Of a DNA stretch of 64,000 bases, positions 22,401 through 32,286 are shown one piece after another. How positions within the stretch are numbered: the stretch's first letter is position 1; the number at the start of each line of letters is the position of its first letter. Under the pieces are notes generated by a model, which was not told where the DNA came from, did not search any database, and worked only from the letters and a program-made list of their open reading frames with translations. The position numbers and the translations under genes are program-made. This DNA comes from Nitrosopumilus sp. (lineage in GTDB: Archaea; Thermoproteota; Nitrososphaeria; Nitrososphaerales; Nitrosopumilaceae): assembly GCA_965207445.1 (NCBI GenBank), contig CBDBLX010000002.1, positions 864,001-928,000 on the forward strand. Direction: 5' to 3'.

Positions 22401-22465
22401 GACAGGAACATAACCAAATACAAGTATATGATTTCATTGTTACATTCAAAGAACTTGATTCACAC
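22401..22465 (-). mobile_element. Partial family-B MITE
   Basis: Reverse complement aligns with 45562-45626 (shared tcatatacttgtatttggtta). Confidence 0.7.
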
Positions 22466-22594
22466 CTATAATCTTCTACAAAACACATGTACAAAATTTA
22501 TCATCTACTTGATCAAAAATTTACATACTCGTTGTAATTGTTTGAGTTCATATTTGATGTTTATCACTCCGTAGTATGTATATTTTTATGTTCT

Positions 22595-23248
22595 TTAATT
22601 ATAAAGATTATCTATATTTTTTATCATATCTGCCATATGTGGTTTTTCGTCTCTATTTGCCAAAAGAAACTCGAGGTCGTCTATAGTGTCAACATCCATC
22701 ATAATTCGTCTAACAAATACTGGTACTGTATTTCGTGTATGAAAATTTGCCATCTTGATGTGTTCTTTGTAACTGTTATCATCATAATGTGTCTTCATCA
22801 AGTCTACTGGCATTCTAACTAGTGCATTTGTACCATCAAATTTTCTTGATGGAACAATAACTGCAAAGTTTGGCGGCATTGCAAAACTCATCACAAAATC
22901 AATGTCTTGGGTTTTGATATATGGGATATCCTGTGGTAGTACAATTGATGCATCATATTTGTTATCTAGTACATGTTTGTCTGCAAATGCAACTGCTTCA
23001 TTGACGCCTAGTTCATGTTCGTCACGTATAATACTGACATTGTTCTTAAACTCTGAGACAATTTTTATAGCATCTGTGTCTTGTGTGACTACAAATGTAT
23101 GATCTATATGAATTGACACCGAAACTGTATGTAATATCTCTCTGAGCATTACACTGCACAGTTCTTTTATCACGTTTGGTGTGAGCATATGCATGCGTGT
23201 TTTTGCCTTTGCAAAACTTTTGACTGGTATGATTGCTGCTGTCTTCAA
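22595..23248 (-). CDS. cofC: 2-phospho-L-lactate guanylyltransferase
   Basis: IIPVK...AKTR, DIP, GTNAL, DVDT.DDL; adjacent to cofD. Confidence 0.92.
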   Translation of the reverse strand: MKTAAIIPVKSFAKAKTRMHMLTPNVIKELCSVMLREILHTVSVSIHIDHTFVVTQDTDAIKIVSEFKNNVSIIRDEHELGVNEAVAFADKHVLDNKYDASIVLPQDIPYIKTQDIDFVMSFAMPPNFAVIVPSRKFDGTNALVRMPVDLMKTHYDDNSYKEHIKMANFHTRNTVPVFVRRIMMDVDTIDDLEFLLANRDEKPHMADMIKNIDNLYN

Positions 23249-23257
23249 TTATTATGG

Positions 23258-24178
23258 TCACACATGTACTTGTTTTATGATATAGCTTGCAAGTGCATCT
23301 TCTGCTGCCTTGTTTTTCATTGTAATCTTTGTCTCGTATACGTTGATATCTAAACTCTTGATATTTTTTGCCAGAGCTCTGTCTTTTGTGTCAATTACGA
23401 TATTTGAGCATACATCTGAATACATCTGAGCAAGTCCATATGCAGTTGACTCTATTCCGGCAGCTTGCATATATTTAGCAGCTGGCCCTGTAATAGATTC
23501 ATTTCCTATAAGTGGACTTACCGCAACAACTTTTTTCTTTGCCTTTGAGAGTTCTTTTTTAATGCCCTTTATCTGAAGCATTGGGCCTATTGATGTCAGT
23601 GGGTTTCCTGGTGCCAATATTATGATCTTTGCATTTTGTATGGCATTAACTGCTTCGGGATTTGGACGTGCTTTGTCTGCACCAATGTATTCTATTCCCT
23701 CCACTTTATCTCTCCCTCTATATTTTACCCAGTACTCTTGTAAGTGGAGATCTCCTTTGTTTGTATTTAGTCTAGTTTCAATAGTGTTATCTGAGACGGG
23801 AATGATATTTGCACTTACTGCAAACTTTTCACACATCCACTTTGTAATATCAGTAAGGTTTTTGCCATTTTTGAGCATGTTTGTTCTGATCAAATGAGTT
23901 GCAGCATCTCTGTCACCGATCCTAAACCACGCCTCCTCACCAAATATTTCCATCTGTCTTAAAAAGTTAAAAGTGTCCTTTTTCACTCCCCATCCTTTTT
24001 CTTGGTCAAGTAGGTCTGCTAATCCATATATTATTGTATCAATATCTGGACATATATATAATCCATATAACCAATAATTATCTCCTACATTACTAATTAC
24101 ATTAATTTTTGATTCTTGAGTCGCTAGACCTCTTACTAGCTTTACTGAACCTGTACCACCTGCAAGTATAGTTATCAT
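23258..24178 (-). CDS. cofD: 2-phospho-L-lactate transferase
   Basis: LAGGTGSVK, ICPDIDT, IGDRDAATH. Confidence 0.95.
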   Translation of the reverse strand: MITILAGGTGSVKLVRGLATQESKINVISNVGDNYWLYGLYICPDIDTIIYGLADLLDQEKGWGVKKDTFNFLRQMEIFGEEAWFRIGDRDAATHLIRTNMLKNGKNLTDITKWMCEKFAVSANIIPVSDNTIETRLNTNKGDLHLQEYWVKYRGRDKVEGIEYIGADKARPNPEAVNAIQNAKIIILAPGNPLTSIGPMLQIKGIKKELSKAKKKVVAVSPLIGNESITGPAAKYMQAAGIESTAYGLAQMYSDVCSNIVIDTKDRALAKNIKSLDINVYETKITMKNKAAEDALASYIIKQVHV

Positions 24179-24388
24179 TATTCTTCTCTCTGTAATGTAT
24201 TGGTCAAATTATGCTCCATATTAGTTTTAAAATTATGGATTTTTGCCCTCAAACCCTGTGTGGGCCTTGTAGTTACTTTCAATATGGGGTGTATGTGATC
24301 TCAATTTTATAAGTACATTTTATAATGTTGCAAATCGCTGTTATTTGTAACTAATGATGGTCCCCCGTGGTTGATCGTTTTGTTGCAA

Positions 24389-24468
24389 GTAATCGTTCAC
24401 TCATCAATGCCTGCGCAGGCGTTAGGTGATGAATCTGTGTCTGAATTTGGTAAGGGATTGAACACCTG
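24389..24468 (+). mobile_element. Degenerate MITE family A
   Basis: gtaatcgttcac...cctgcgcaggcgttaggtgatgaatctgtgtctgaatttgg...ggattgaac. Confidence 0.7.
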
Positions 24469-24492
24469 TGTAATCCTCCGTGTGTGGTGCGG

Positions 24493-24729
24493 GTGATATT
24501 TGCAGTTGCACTTTGTTTCCGTTCCTACTGATTACACTACCTCTGATTACACTACACATGATTACACTACACATGATTACACTACACATGATTACACTAC
24601 ACATGATTACACTACACATGAGAACGTGATGTTTGCAGTTGCTTTGTTTCCATTCCTACCAAAATATTAAGTGAACTCAAATCCGCTTCACGTCAGTGAT
24701 GTTTGCAGTTGCTTTGTTTCAATTCCTAC
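24493..24729. CRISPR. CRISPR-like mini-array: 3 repeats (24493-24528, 24626-24659, 24696-24729) and 2 spacers; no cas genes in the window
   Basis: Repeat gtgatgtttgcagttgctttgtttc(c/a)attcctac; 36-bp spacer 24660-24695; the other spacer is 97 bp, inflated by a 15-bp tandem repeat. Confidence 0.55.
24529..24618. repeat. 15-bp tandem repeat tgattacactacaca x6 (first copy variant)
   Basis: Direct reading of the sequence. Confidence 0.95.
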
Positions 24730-24793
24730 TTTGATGAAGAATAGTTTATAGCTGATGCTAGGGGTGAACTTCCAAGATGTGTCCTTGGGCTTA

Positions 24794-25516
24794 TTACTGC
24801 TTTTGACTGCTTGCCTTTTTCATCTTGTGTGGCTTGCGTTGGTACATTACTCTTGCGTGATCTGTATGGATCACACGTGTTTAAGATGTGCTACATTATT
24901 GTGATCATCTTATGCGCCAGTTATTATGCAAAGTGTGTGTTTGCATGTATGCAGTTGCTTGGATGTCTCATAGAATAGTTGCATCATTGGGTCGTGCATG
25001 AATGCAACTGAGCTGCCTCATACATGACACAGTTGATATTGTCAGTGTTCTACTTTTTGATGTGGTTCATACGCGACACGTCACCTATTTTGGGGAGGAA
25101 TCTGGCCATTGAAATTATCTTTTTTAGATTCTTGAATCGTGACACACAGTATATCTACACTACTAGTAATAGTGCAATAAATGCACCCACACTTGGGCAT
25201 GCTTATCAACAGCCCACAGTATATTCGTTATTTTCTGTCTCTTTGATGATATACTAGTCAGTATCTCTTAGAGATTCTCTTAGATGATGCATCTACTAGG
25301 CGTTTTTTGTATCACATACGTTTCTGCCAGAGTTTCCTAATTCGACCTTTTCTAACTATTCTATGTCTTTGCGCGAGTGCATTTTTACCGCGTTGATCTC
25401 TACATTGCAGGCATCGCGCAGACTACGTATACGATTCATCATTTGTGTGCGTTTGTGTCAGGTTTTTGTGGTGTCGTACCTATGTCTTGATGCCTCTTAC
25501 GTGTGGCTCAGTTACG
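24794..25516 (-). pseudogene. Degenerate IS110-family transposase (central and C-terminal part)
   Basis: Broken translation: EPHVRGIK.*VRH, NRIRSL, SMPSVGAFIALLL, SRFKNLKKIISMA, MYEAA, AHKMITIM*HIL; matches the IS110 C-terminal domain pattern (sIPGVG..A..l.aei....RF...kkl.s.aGl.P). Confidence 0.75.
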
Positions 25517-25606
25517 TTGTATAATTATTTGTCATTTTTATTGTACAATTTGTGAAAAACAAATATCAAGATAGATTTATTACCTTTATTCATAATTAAT
25601 TAAATA

Positions 25607-26836
25607 ATGCTCAGGGCAATTATGATTGCAAGTATTGTTGCAAGTTTGGCAGTAATTGGAACTAGTACTGATTCATGGGCGGCCCAACTTGATGCCACAA
25701 TAACTCCAAGCTCTGAGACGTCACCATTTAAGATGAGTTATCTTAAAACAATTCACGTGTGGTATGAGAATGGTGGCGTTGTAGCAGATGAACTGCGTGA
25801 TGTTGATCATATCATCAATGGTAGTGCTAATTCTGGTTCTAATGCTGATGTTCAGGATTTAATTGATCGCTTAAATGTACGATTATTTGAAAGTGGCAGT
25901 CTTGCAAAGATCTCTGATTTGAATGTTGATTATACATTTATTTTATCTGGTGGAGAAGAACGTGCTTCAATAGACTACAAGATAATACTTCAAGGAACTC
26001 TCACTGATTATATCATTACTTCTGATTCACTAAAGTCACTTGTAGACTTGGGTTGGAGAGGAATGTCTGTTGATGGAAGCGTTGTTATAGATGGACAAGA
26101 GATTAATGACCCTTTTGTATTTGTAGATGATAAATTTCCTGCTACATCTGATATGATAACTAGTACAGCAGCTGATCGTATATTTGATGACTATTTGATA
26201 AATGCAGACTTTATACTTGAGCAACCATTGACAAATTGGCACTTTTTATTTGATCCTACTGGGATTAATGTTGATGCATCTACATTTGGACTAGATGATG
26301 AAATTTCAGGATTCATAAAATCTAGTTGGACTATGGGTGAGAGTAATATTCAACAAGGCAGACAAGTAGAGCGAGTTGAGGAAGAAGTTGTCACAACGGA
26401 TCAAACATATATTGTCAAGAGTGTACAATCACCTGATCAGGGAAATCTAAACATAATTGGCTTTGGTGCTTTGGACTCGATTGATGGTGTAGAGATTGCA
26501 GGTGTTACACCACAACCACCAGAGGGATACAGTAATACTGCAACAGGCGACTTTCCAATATTTATCATATATGGAATGGCGGGAATGGCTGCTGTTGCTG
26601 GTATTGCATTCTTTTTCATTAGTAACAGAGCACTGAAGAACGAAAAACAAGGACAGCAAGGAATTGATCCATCTGATCTGGTAGGACATCAGACTAGTTC
26701 TGCGTCTGGAGGTTATCAGACAAACAGAGGCGAAGCCCAACTTAGGAGCGACTCGGATTATCAACAAACTCGCAACTATTATGAGCAAGAGTCTACTACA
26801 AAACAGACGCAAGGCTATTCTGCTGCTGCCATATGA
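25607..26836 (+). CDS. Hypothetical secreted protein with C-terminal membrane anchor
   Basis: Signal peptide, acidic ectodomain, TM helix near residue 320. Confidence 0.85.
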   Translation: MLRAIMIASIVASLAVIGTSTDSWAAQLDATITPSSETSPFKMSYLKTIHVWYENGGVVADELRDVDHIINGSANSGSNADVQDLIDRLNVRLFESGSLAKISDLNVDYTFILSGGEERASIDYKIILQGTLTDYIITSDSLKSLVDLGWRGMSVDGSVVIDGQEINDPFVFVDDKFPATSDMITSTAADRIFDDYLINADFILEQPLTNWHFLFDPTGINVDASTFGLDDEISGFIKSSWTMGESNIQQGRQVERVEEEVVTTDQTYIVKSVQSPDQGNLNIIGFGALDSIDGVEIAGVTPQPPEGYSNTATGDFPIFIIYGMAGMAAVAGIAFFFISNRALKNEKQGQQGIDPSDLVGHQTSSASGGYQTNRGEAQLRSDSDYQQTRNYYEQESTTKQTQGYSAAAI

Positions 26837-26920
26837 TAAACTCACAAGTATTGTATAGTTAGCATGTTACATGTAATACTTGCACTATGATCGATTAGTT
26901 ACATCACTTGTCATAAAATT

Positions 26921-27200
26921 GTGTGCTGAGAGTAACCCTCCTTTTGTTCTCACGACATTTCGCTTTGCGGCCAACCTGAACCTGATACAGGATCTAAGGT
27001 CACTATTTGGCCTTTCTCCATGCGGGTCGGCTTTTTTCATTCCGCAGGTGGAAACCTCAGGGGATGCCATCATTGTACTCCACATTGGATTCATTTCTGC
27101 TCCGTTGCCAGCCGTCTCCGACTATCCGTCTTCGGATCGCACTCCTGTATGGAGGGAGGAGTTTCCTCTGCCGTAGCAGCAGTCGTGCTTCAGCTCACAC
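26921..27200 (-). ncRNA. rnpB: RNase P RNA
   Basis: Minus strand has GAGGAAACTCC near the 5' end and AACAAAAGGAGGGTTA near the 3' end (P4), complementary termini, raised GC. Confidence 0.92.
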
Positions 27201-27368
27201 TGGTGGTTATGTATAGTGTAATTTGTGTATTGTTGTTTGATATTGGTCGTTTGCATGATGTATTTTGTATCTTGTCGTTTGCTACAATATTTATAATATG
27301 AATATTTACAATTTTATAAATTTTCGTGCGGGTCGGCTCTTTATATTCATGTATGGATTATTTGTTGA

Positions 27369-28004
27369 CTAGGGCTTTTTACCTGTAATGAATAACGTTC
27401 CCATGCTCTGTTTCCATAACTCTTTTGCAGTCTTGTCTTTTATGTGGCGAATCTTTGTATCAAATCCTGCGTTTTTGAATAATTCTCTCCATTCATTTTT
27501 GGAGTACATGTGCATCATAATGCCCATTGATGATGACCATCTTTTAGTTGCTATATTTTCTGTATAATAGTCGGTTCCACATAGAAATACTCCTTCTGGC
27601 TTTAAAAGATTATAAATTTTGTTTAATGCATTTTTGACTGAATTCGCATAATATATGGACTCCATTGCAAATGCATAATCAAACTTTTGTCCCTTGTAAT
27701 TCCAACTCTCAATATCTGCACAGTAATATTTTTCTATTTTTTTATTTTGGGAGCGTAATTTTGCTAAATTAATCATCTCAATACTTTTATCAATCCCAAT
27801 ACCACGTACACAATTTGTTTGGGAGGATACTGTTCTGACAACCCACCCATTTCCACATCCTATATCTAAAAATGTAAATTTTTTGTTCTCAGACTTGATA
27901 GGTTGTAATATCTTCATCACACTTTTTGCATGGCCTTTTTCCATCTGTTCTGCTTTACCATTATGTGCCCATTGATCAAATTTTTTGGCGGTTTCATCTT
28001 GCAT
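27369..28004 (-). CDS. Class I SAM-dependent methyltransferase
   Basis: FLDIGCGNG motif I, LKPEG. Confidence 0.9.
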   Translation of the reverse strand: MQDETAKKFDQWAHNGKAEQMEKGHAKSVMKILQPIKSENKKFTFLDIGCGNGWVVRTVSSQTNCVRGIGIDKSIEMINLAKLRSQNKKIEKYYCADIESWNYKGQKFDYAFAMESIYYANSVKNALNKIYNLLKPEGVFLCGTDYYTENIATKRWSSSMGIMMHMYSKNEWRELFKNAGFDTKIRHIKDKTAKELWKQSMGTLFITGKKP

Positions 28005-28049
28005 GTGTTTTATTTGTAAATGGTCCTATAATAGTTACTTTATTTGTTG

Positions 28050-28164
28050 CTATGGCGACGAGCACAAGTCCATGTATGTCAATTTTACACGATTTTATGC
28101 CTGAAAAGATCATATGTAAAAATATTCTATTTTGAAAACATTACATCTGTTTTTAATATGAATA
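28050..28164 (+). repeat. 115-bp inverted repeat, left copy
   Basis: 105/115 ungapped identity (hand count) to the reverse complement of 34582-34696. Confidence 0.92.
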
Positions 28165-28370
28165 AAAACATTTTAGATGTGTATTGTAAAAAGTGCAGTG
28201 TTTATACTATGCCCACGAAATTAGTACTTGTTAGTTTGTAATTGGCAAATATGCCGCGTTACCGCAAAAAAATTTTGCGGCATGCTTAGGCGTGTATATT
28301 TTTAGGAAAGTTTTAAATGATCAAACCATTTACTAGGGTATGGACATGCTTGAGCGTACGTGTAAAAAGG

Positions 28371-29000
28371 TCATAAGCCTTTTCTTACCGGCAGACCGAG
28401 GGTGCAGTCACCCTCAACCTCTATGCCACCCACGATCGGGTCACAGTCGTCGTTCTGGTCAGCACATGCATAATCCACAATCTCGAAGTTACCATTTTCC
28501 AAGGTAGTGGTGATGTTTGCCGACACGTGACTGTCAATCAAAGCTCGAACTTGCTCGTTTTTTTTCGGATCATCCGTAACAACCTCAATCGTCTTTGTCA
28601 AAGTGTTTAGGTTCACCGCGTAGGAATCAATTCCGAGTTTTGCGATGCTCTCCCTGAGGTTGGATTCTGCAAGAACCATCTGAGCCTTTCTCGTGGGCTC
28701 AATGTGGTGTTTTGCAAACTGCTGTTTCTGATACTTGTCCAAAATTGGCATCAGTTGGGCAATCTTTGAATCCAGGTCTCGTTTTTTCTCCAAATCGCTA
28801 GCGCCGATGAAACCTGACTGTATCTTGTTCAGTTCGGTTCTCAGATCTAAGACTTCCATCTGAGTCAGATGGAATTCTTCGTCTGACACCGTTCTAGTGA
28901 GTTCTGTGTTACCCTCTGCAGAGACGGATGTGACTGCAAATGTTGCAACCATTGCCATTGCCAAAGCAACAAACAATATCTTTTTCGTTTGTGAAGTCAT
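28371..29000 (-). pseudogene. Secreted protein, probably a truncated S1 (chymotrypsin-like) protease precursor
   Basis: Signal peptide, long pro-region, then CDPIVGG...CTLG and a stop before any catalytic His motif. Confidence 0.55.
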
Positions 29001-29029
29001 TACAAACTGTTACATCCTGCGTTATATAC

Positions 29030-29443
29030 GTAAGTTTATCTAGATTTGGAGTGCCTTTTACAAGCAAAACTCAACTTGCAATACGATGGACACGGACCTT
29101 GGATGGTTTATCATGCTCCTTACCAAGATGTGGATGTTGTTCCCACCGTAACATGCCGACTTTCTAAAGTGCTTTATATACTCAGGCAGAAAACTATGAT
29201 GATTATATATTTCAAAACAGGACATGGTTCCGTTAGACAAACCCCGTGGTGTGAATTGGGACAATCCAGACGTCAATAAGGTTTCAAGTTTTTTACTGGA
29301 GAATTCGAAACCACAAATTCCAAATACGTCAAGATGATGCAAGAGAACGAGAAAGTCAGGAGTGAGAGCAAGAAATTAAGGGAACAAGTTAACGAACTGA
29401 CAAAACTCATCAAACAATTAAAAAAATATGAATTCACGTAGTT
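29030..29443 (+). pseudogene. IS66-like left end with N-terminal coiled-coil transposase remnant
   Basis: Starts gtaagtttatct; broken frame ending MQENEKVRSESKKLREQVNELTKLIKQLKKYE. Confidence 0.45.
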
Positions 29444-29524
29444 GTAACCGTTCAACCCCTGTACCTGCGCCAGACGTTAGGCGGTAAATTTGTGCCTAAA
29501 TTTGGGAAGGGGTTGAACGGTTAC
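29444..29524 (+). mobile_element. 81-bp MITE family A, perfect 17-bp TIR, 9-bp TSD CACGTAGTT
   Basis: gtaaccgttcaacccct / aggggttgaacggttac; cacgtagtt at 29435-29443 and 29525-29533. Confidence 0.93.
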
Positions 29525-29565
29525 CACGTAGTTTATCTCACCATTAGAGATATTTTGTGCTATCC

Positions 29566-30815
29566 TGTAAGTAGTTCCACTTATGATTTGACATATGCAT
29601 GACTCTCCATTTCTTTTGCTGTTATGTCTTTTGGTGCTTGTTTGCGTTTATAGGCTTCTATAGGCGTCTCTTTACCGTCTTTTAGTGACATATGTGGGAG
29701 ATTATTGTACCAGTTGACGAGTCTTGTTATTGGGTCTGTTATACCCATAGTATGGAATGGATTCCCCACATGGTCGCCGGGTTTGGAACCACGAACTGTA
29801 TTACATGCAGACTCTTCTTCAAATGATTTTAGATGTTGTTCAATCTCAGAGTGAAATCGTTCTAATTTACCATTGGTTTGAGGGTGTTTTATACGTGCCA
29901 AGACTTGTTTGATACCAAGCTCGACTAACTTGTTCTCAAATACTGCTACACCGCGCTCAGAGTTCTTTTTCTCATTTGCATAGAACTGAGATCCATGATC
30001 CGTTAGTATTTGGGCAGGTTTGCCATATTTCTTGATGGCGCCCTCAAGCACCTTTATTGCATGATCACTTGTAGGTTCATTATACACTCCAAATCCCATA
30101 ATCATCCTAGATGCATCGTCCTGATAGGACACAAACCATCTACCATCGTAAATCTGCTTAAAATCCGTATGCCATAAAGAATTTGAGAATCTTCTCTCAT
30201 ATCTAACCCACTTTCACTGCTTTGCTTTTTTTGGTTGGTTTTCTACTAACTCCTCATCTTTCAATATCTTATATATGATATTGTGAGAAATATGGATTCC
30301 GATTTCTTCTTCTATTATAGTCTCGAGTCTGACTGCCATACGTCTGTTCTGCTTGCAACAAGATATCACTGCAGAATGTTCTCGACGGCCTGGTAATCCA
30401 TTAGAAGGGCGTCCCATCTTTGGAGGATATGTGATATCTTTTGGCTGTAAATGACCATATCGTGAGAACAATTTTCTAACCCATCGTGCAGATACACCCA
30501 CTAATTTTGCAATCTGGGCGTCACTCATCTCATCATTGTGCTTTTGCTGAACTATCCACCGTACCTGTTCCTCATCAAGTTTATGTATTACACGAAGTTT
30601 TTTACCATTTTTGAGCCTAGTTTTGATCTTTGTACGAGGATCATGATTGGACCCACACACCTTCATTTCCACTCCGCACACGGATATATGAGGATCTACG
30701 CCACTAGTAGCCAATTTTCTTTTCTCTCCAAGTGGGCATAAAAGCTAAACTCATCATACGCTTCATATTAAATATGATCATATCTAGGCGTACACTCAAG
30801 GCGGAACTACTTACA
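29566..30815 (-). mobile_element. IS481-family insertion sequence; transposase split by one in-frame TGA (30214-30216)
   Basis: TIR tgtaagtagttcc / ggaactacttaca; HTH ORF 30214-30714 in frame with rve domain (WHTDFK, ILTDHGSQF, PQTNGKLERF). Confidence 0.85.
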
Positions 30816-30885
30816 TTGACGATTATTCCTATGATCATATCTAGGCGTACACTCAAGGCGGAACTACTTACAAGACAACTTACCA

Positions 30886-31850
30886 TTAGAGATATTTTGC
30901 CATCTCAGCCAGATGGTCAATCCCGCGCCCTTTCCATGTGGTGATGCATGTGAATATGTTGCCCATCACGTCCGGGGTGTTTGCGGACTTTATCCCGCCA
31001 CGTATCTTTCTGTGGACCGCGACCTCGCGCAGTCCACGTTCTGCCGCGTTGTTTGTCAGAGGGGGAACGCGCGGATCCCGCACAAACGCAAAGAGGCGTG
31101 GCAGCGCATTTTTGAGCTTGCCCGGATGATTTTTGACGATCCGAGTAGTGGATTGCTGCCGTATCTTGATATCATCCTTTTGATGCGCGACGATAGTAGA
31201 CCATGATCCTTGTGCCTGTCTCGCGCGGACCTCTTCTTTTTGGCGTCGTGGAATGTGCGGCGTAGCAGGTCCAGTACGCGGCGGGCGTCTGCATCGTCCT
31301 CGTTTCTCTCGTGTATGTGGAGCGCTTTTGTGATGATATGGGACCAGCACCGCTGAAGTTTTTCCAGTATGCCGTATGAACTCCACCCGTCACATACCAT
31401 GGTGCCCTTCCATCCGGGAAGTAGTTCTTTTATGACATCTGATCCCCGACTTTTCCGTATCGCAAAATACGCCTCTTTAGTGGCAGGGTTGTCGATTATC
31501 CACACCTAGTGCAGTTTACCGTTGACGCTGTATGAAGTCTCATCCATGTGCAGTATGCGAGCTTTTCTGATGGACGCGAGTATGCGTCCGGCGGGACCAT
31601 TCAGGCATGATCCGGTCCTGGACAATATGTTGCAAATGGCGCCCGTGGATGTATGGATGCTGATGTCCCTCTGACTGTTGTCTGAGATCATCTTGACTGG
31701 CATACGCGATTCATACGACGACACGACATCTGAGATCACACCGTGGCCGTAGCCGCCCTCGCGTGGAACCGTGCCTCTTGTGTCCGGCTCGATGTTCCTG
31801 CGTCCGCACCTCGTACACTTGCAGGTGTTTATCGTATGGCGGGTGGTGTC
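30886..31850 (-). pseudogene. IS66-family transposase, 5'-truncated, with a stop and a frameshift
   Basis: CxxCG zinc finger, HMDETS, VCDGWSSY, QRCWSH, TNNAAERGLR..VHRKI. Confidence 0.9.
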
Positions 31851-31854
31851 CACC

Positions 31855-32286
31855 TTAGTCAAGAGATGTACTCATCTCTTGCAGGCGAGCAAGCACATAC
31901 CGTGCTTCATCTAGAAAGCTTGGTATGCTTGTAAAGACATCTTGCGCCTTGTCGTCATCATATGTATGACTCGTGATTCCACGTTTTTTACGATATATTT
32001 TCCAGTTTTCGAGATCGGAAAGTATGATTCCCTTTACATGTGCCGCACGAATGACATCACCGAATGTCATATCGTCAACATTCGTACCTGTATCCGAAGC
32101 CATCTTTAAATAACGTCGCATCATTTTGAAAGATAATCCATAAGTGTATTCAAAAGCTTGTATTGTAGCACTACGCGTAATCTGTTTATAATTTGGAGGT
32201 ATGGGAATTGTTTTGTAATCACATGCTTGAAGTGCGATCTCAAGATTGGAAATCGCGTTTTCTAATGATGTAAGATCAAGACTCAT
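31855..32286 (-). CDS. HI0074-family nucleotidyltransferase substrate-binding (HEPN) protein
   Basis: [12 protein letters not shown] and R..TSHTY motifs. Confidence 0.88.
   Translation of the reverse strand: MSLDLTSLENAISNLEIALQACDYKTIPIPPNYKQITRSATIQAFEYTYGLSFKMMRRYLKMASDTGTNVDDMTFGDVIRAAHVKGIILSDLENWKIYRKKRGITSHTYDDDKAQDVFTSIPSFLDEARYVLARLQEMSTSLD

Noticed and set aside
24422..24619. MCSVI-repeat ORF
   Set aside because: Translation of the 15-bp tandem repeat.
24493..24729. Canonical TIGR array or functional CRISPR-Cas locus
   Set aside because: The period is 70 bp with one repeat type, not a short dual-repeat unit; there are no cas genes in the window. Kept only as CRISPR-like.
26880..27301. 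Several short ORFs
   Set aside because: Overlap the RNase P RNA.
27327..27338. tgcgggtcggct also present inside the RNase P gene (27021-27032)
   Set aside because: Only 12 bp with no extension; cannot be separated from chance.
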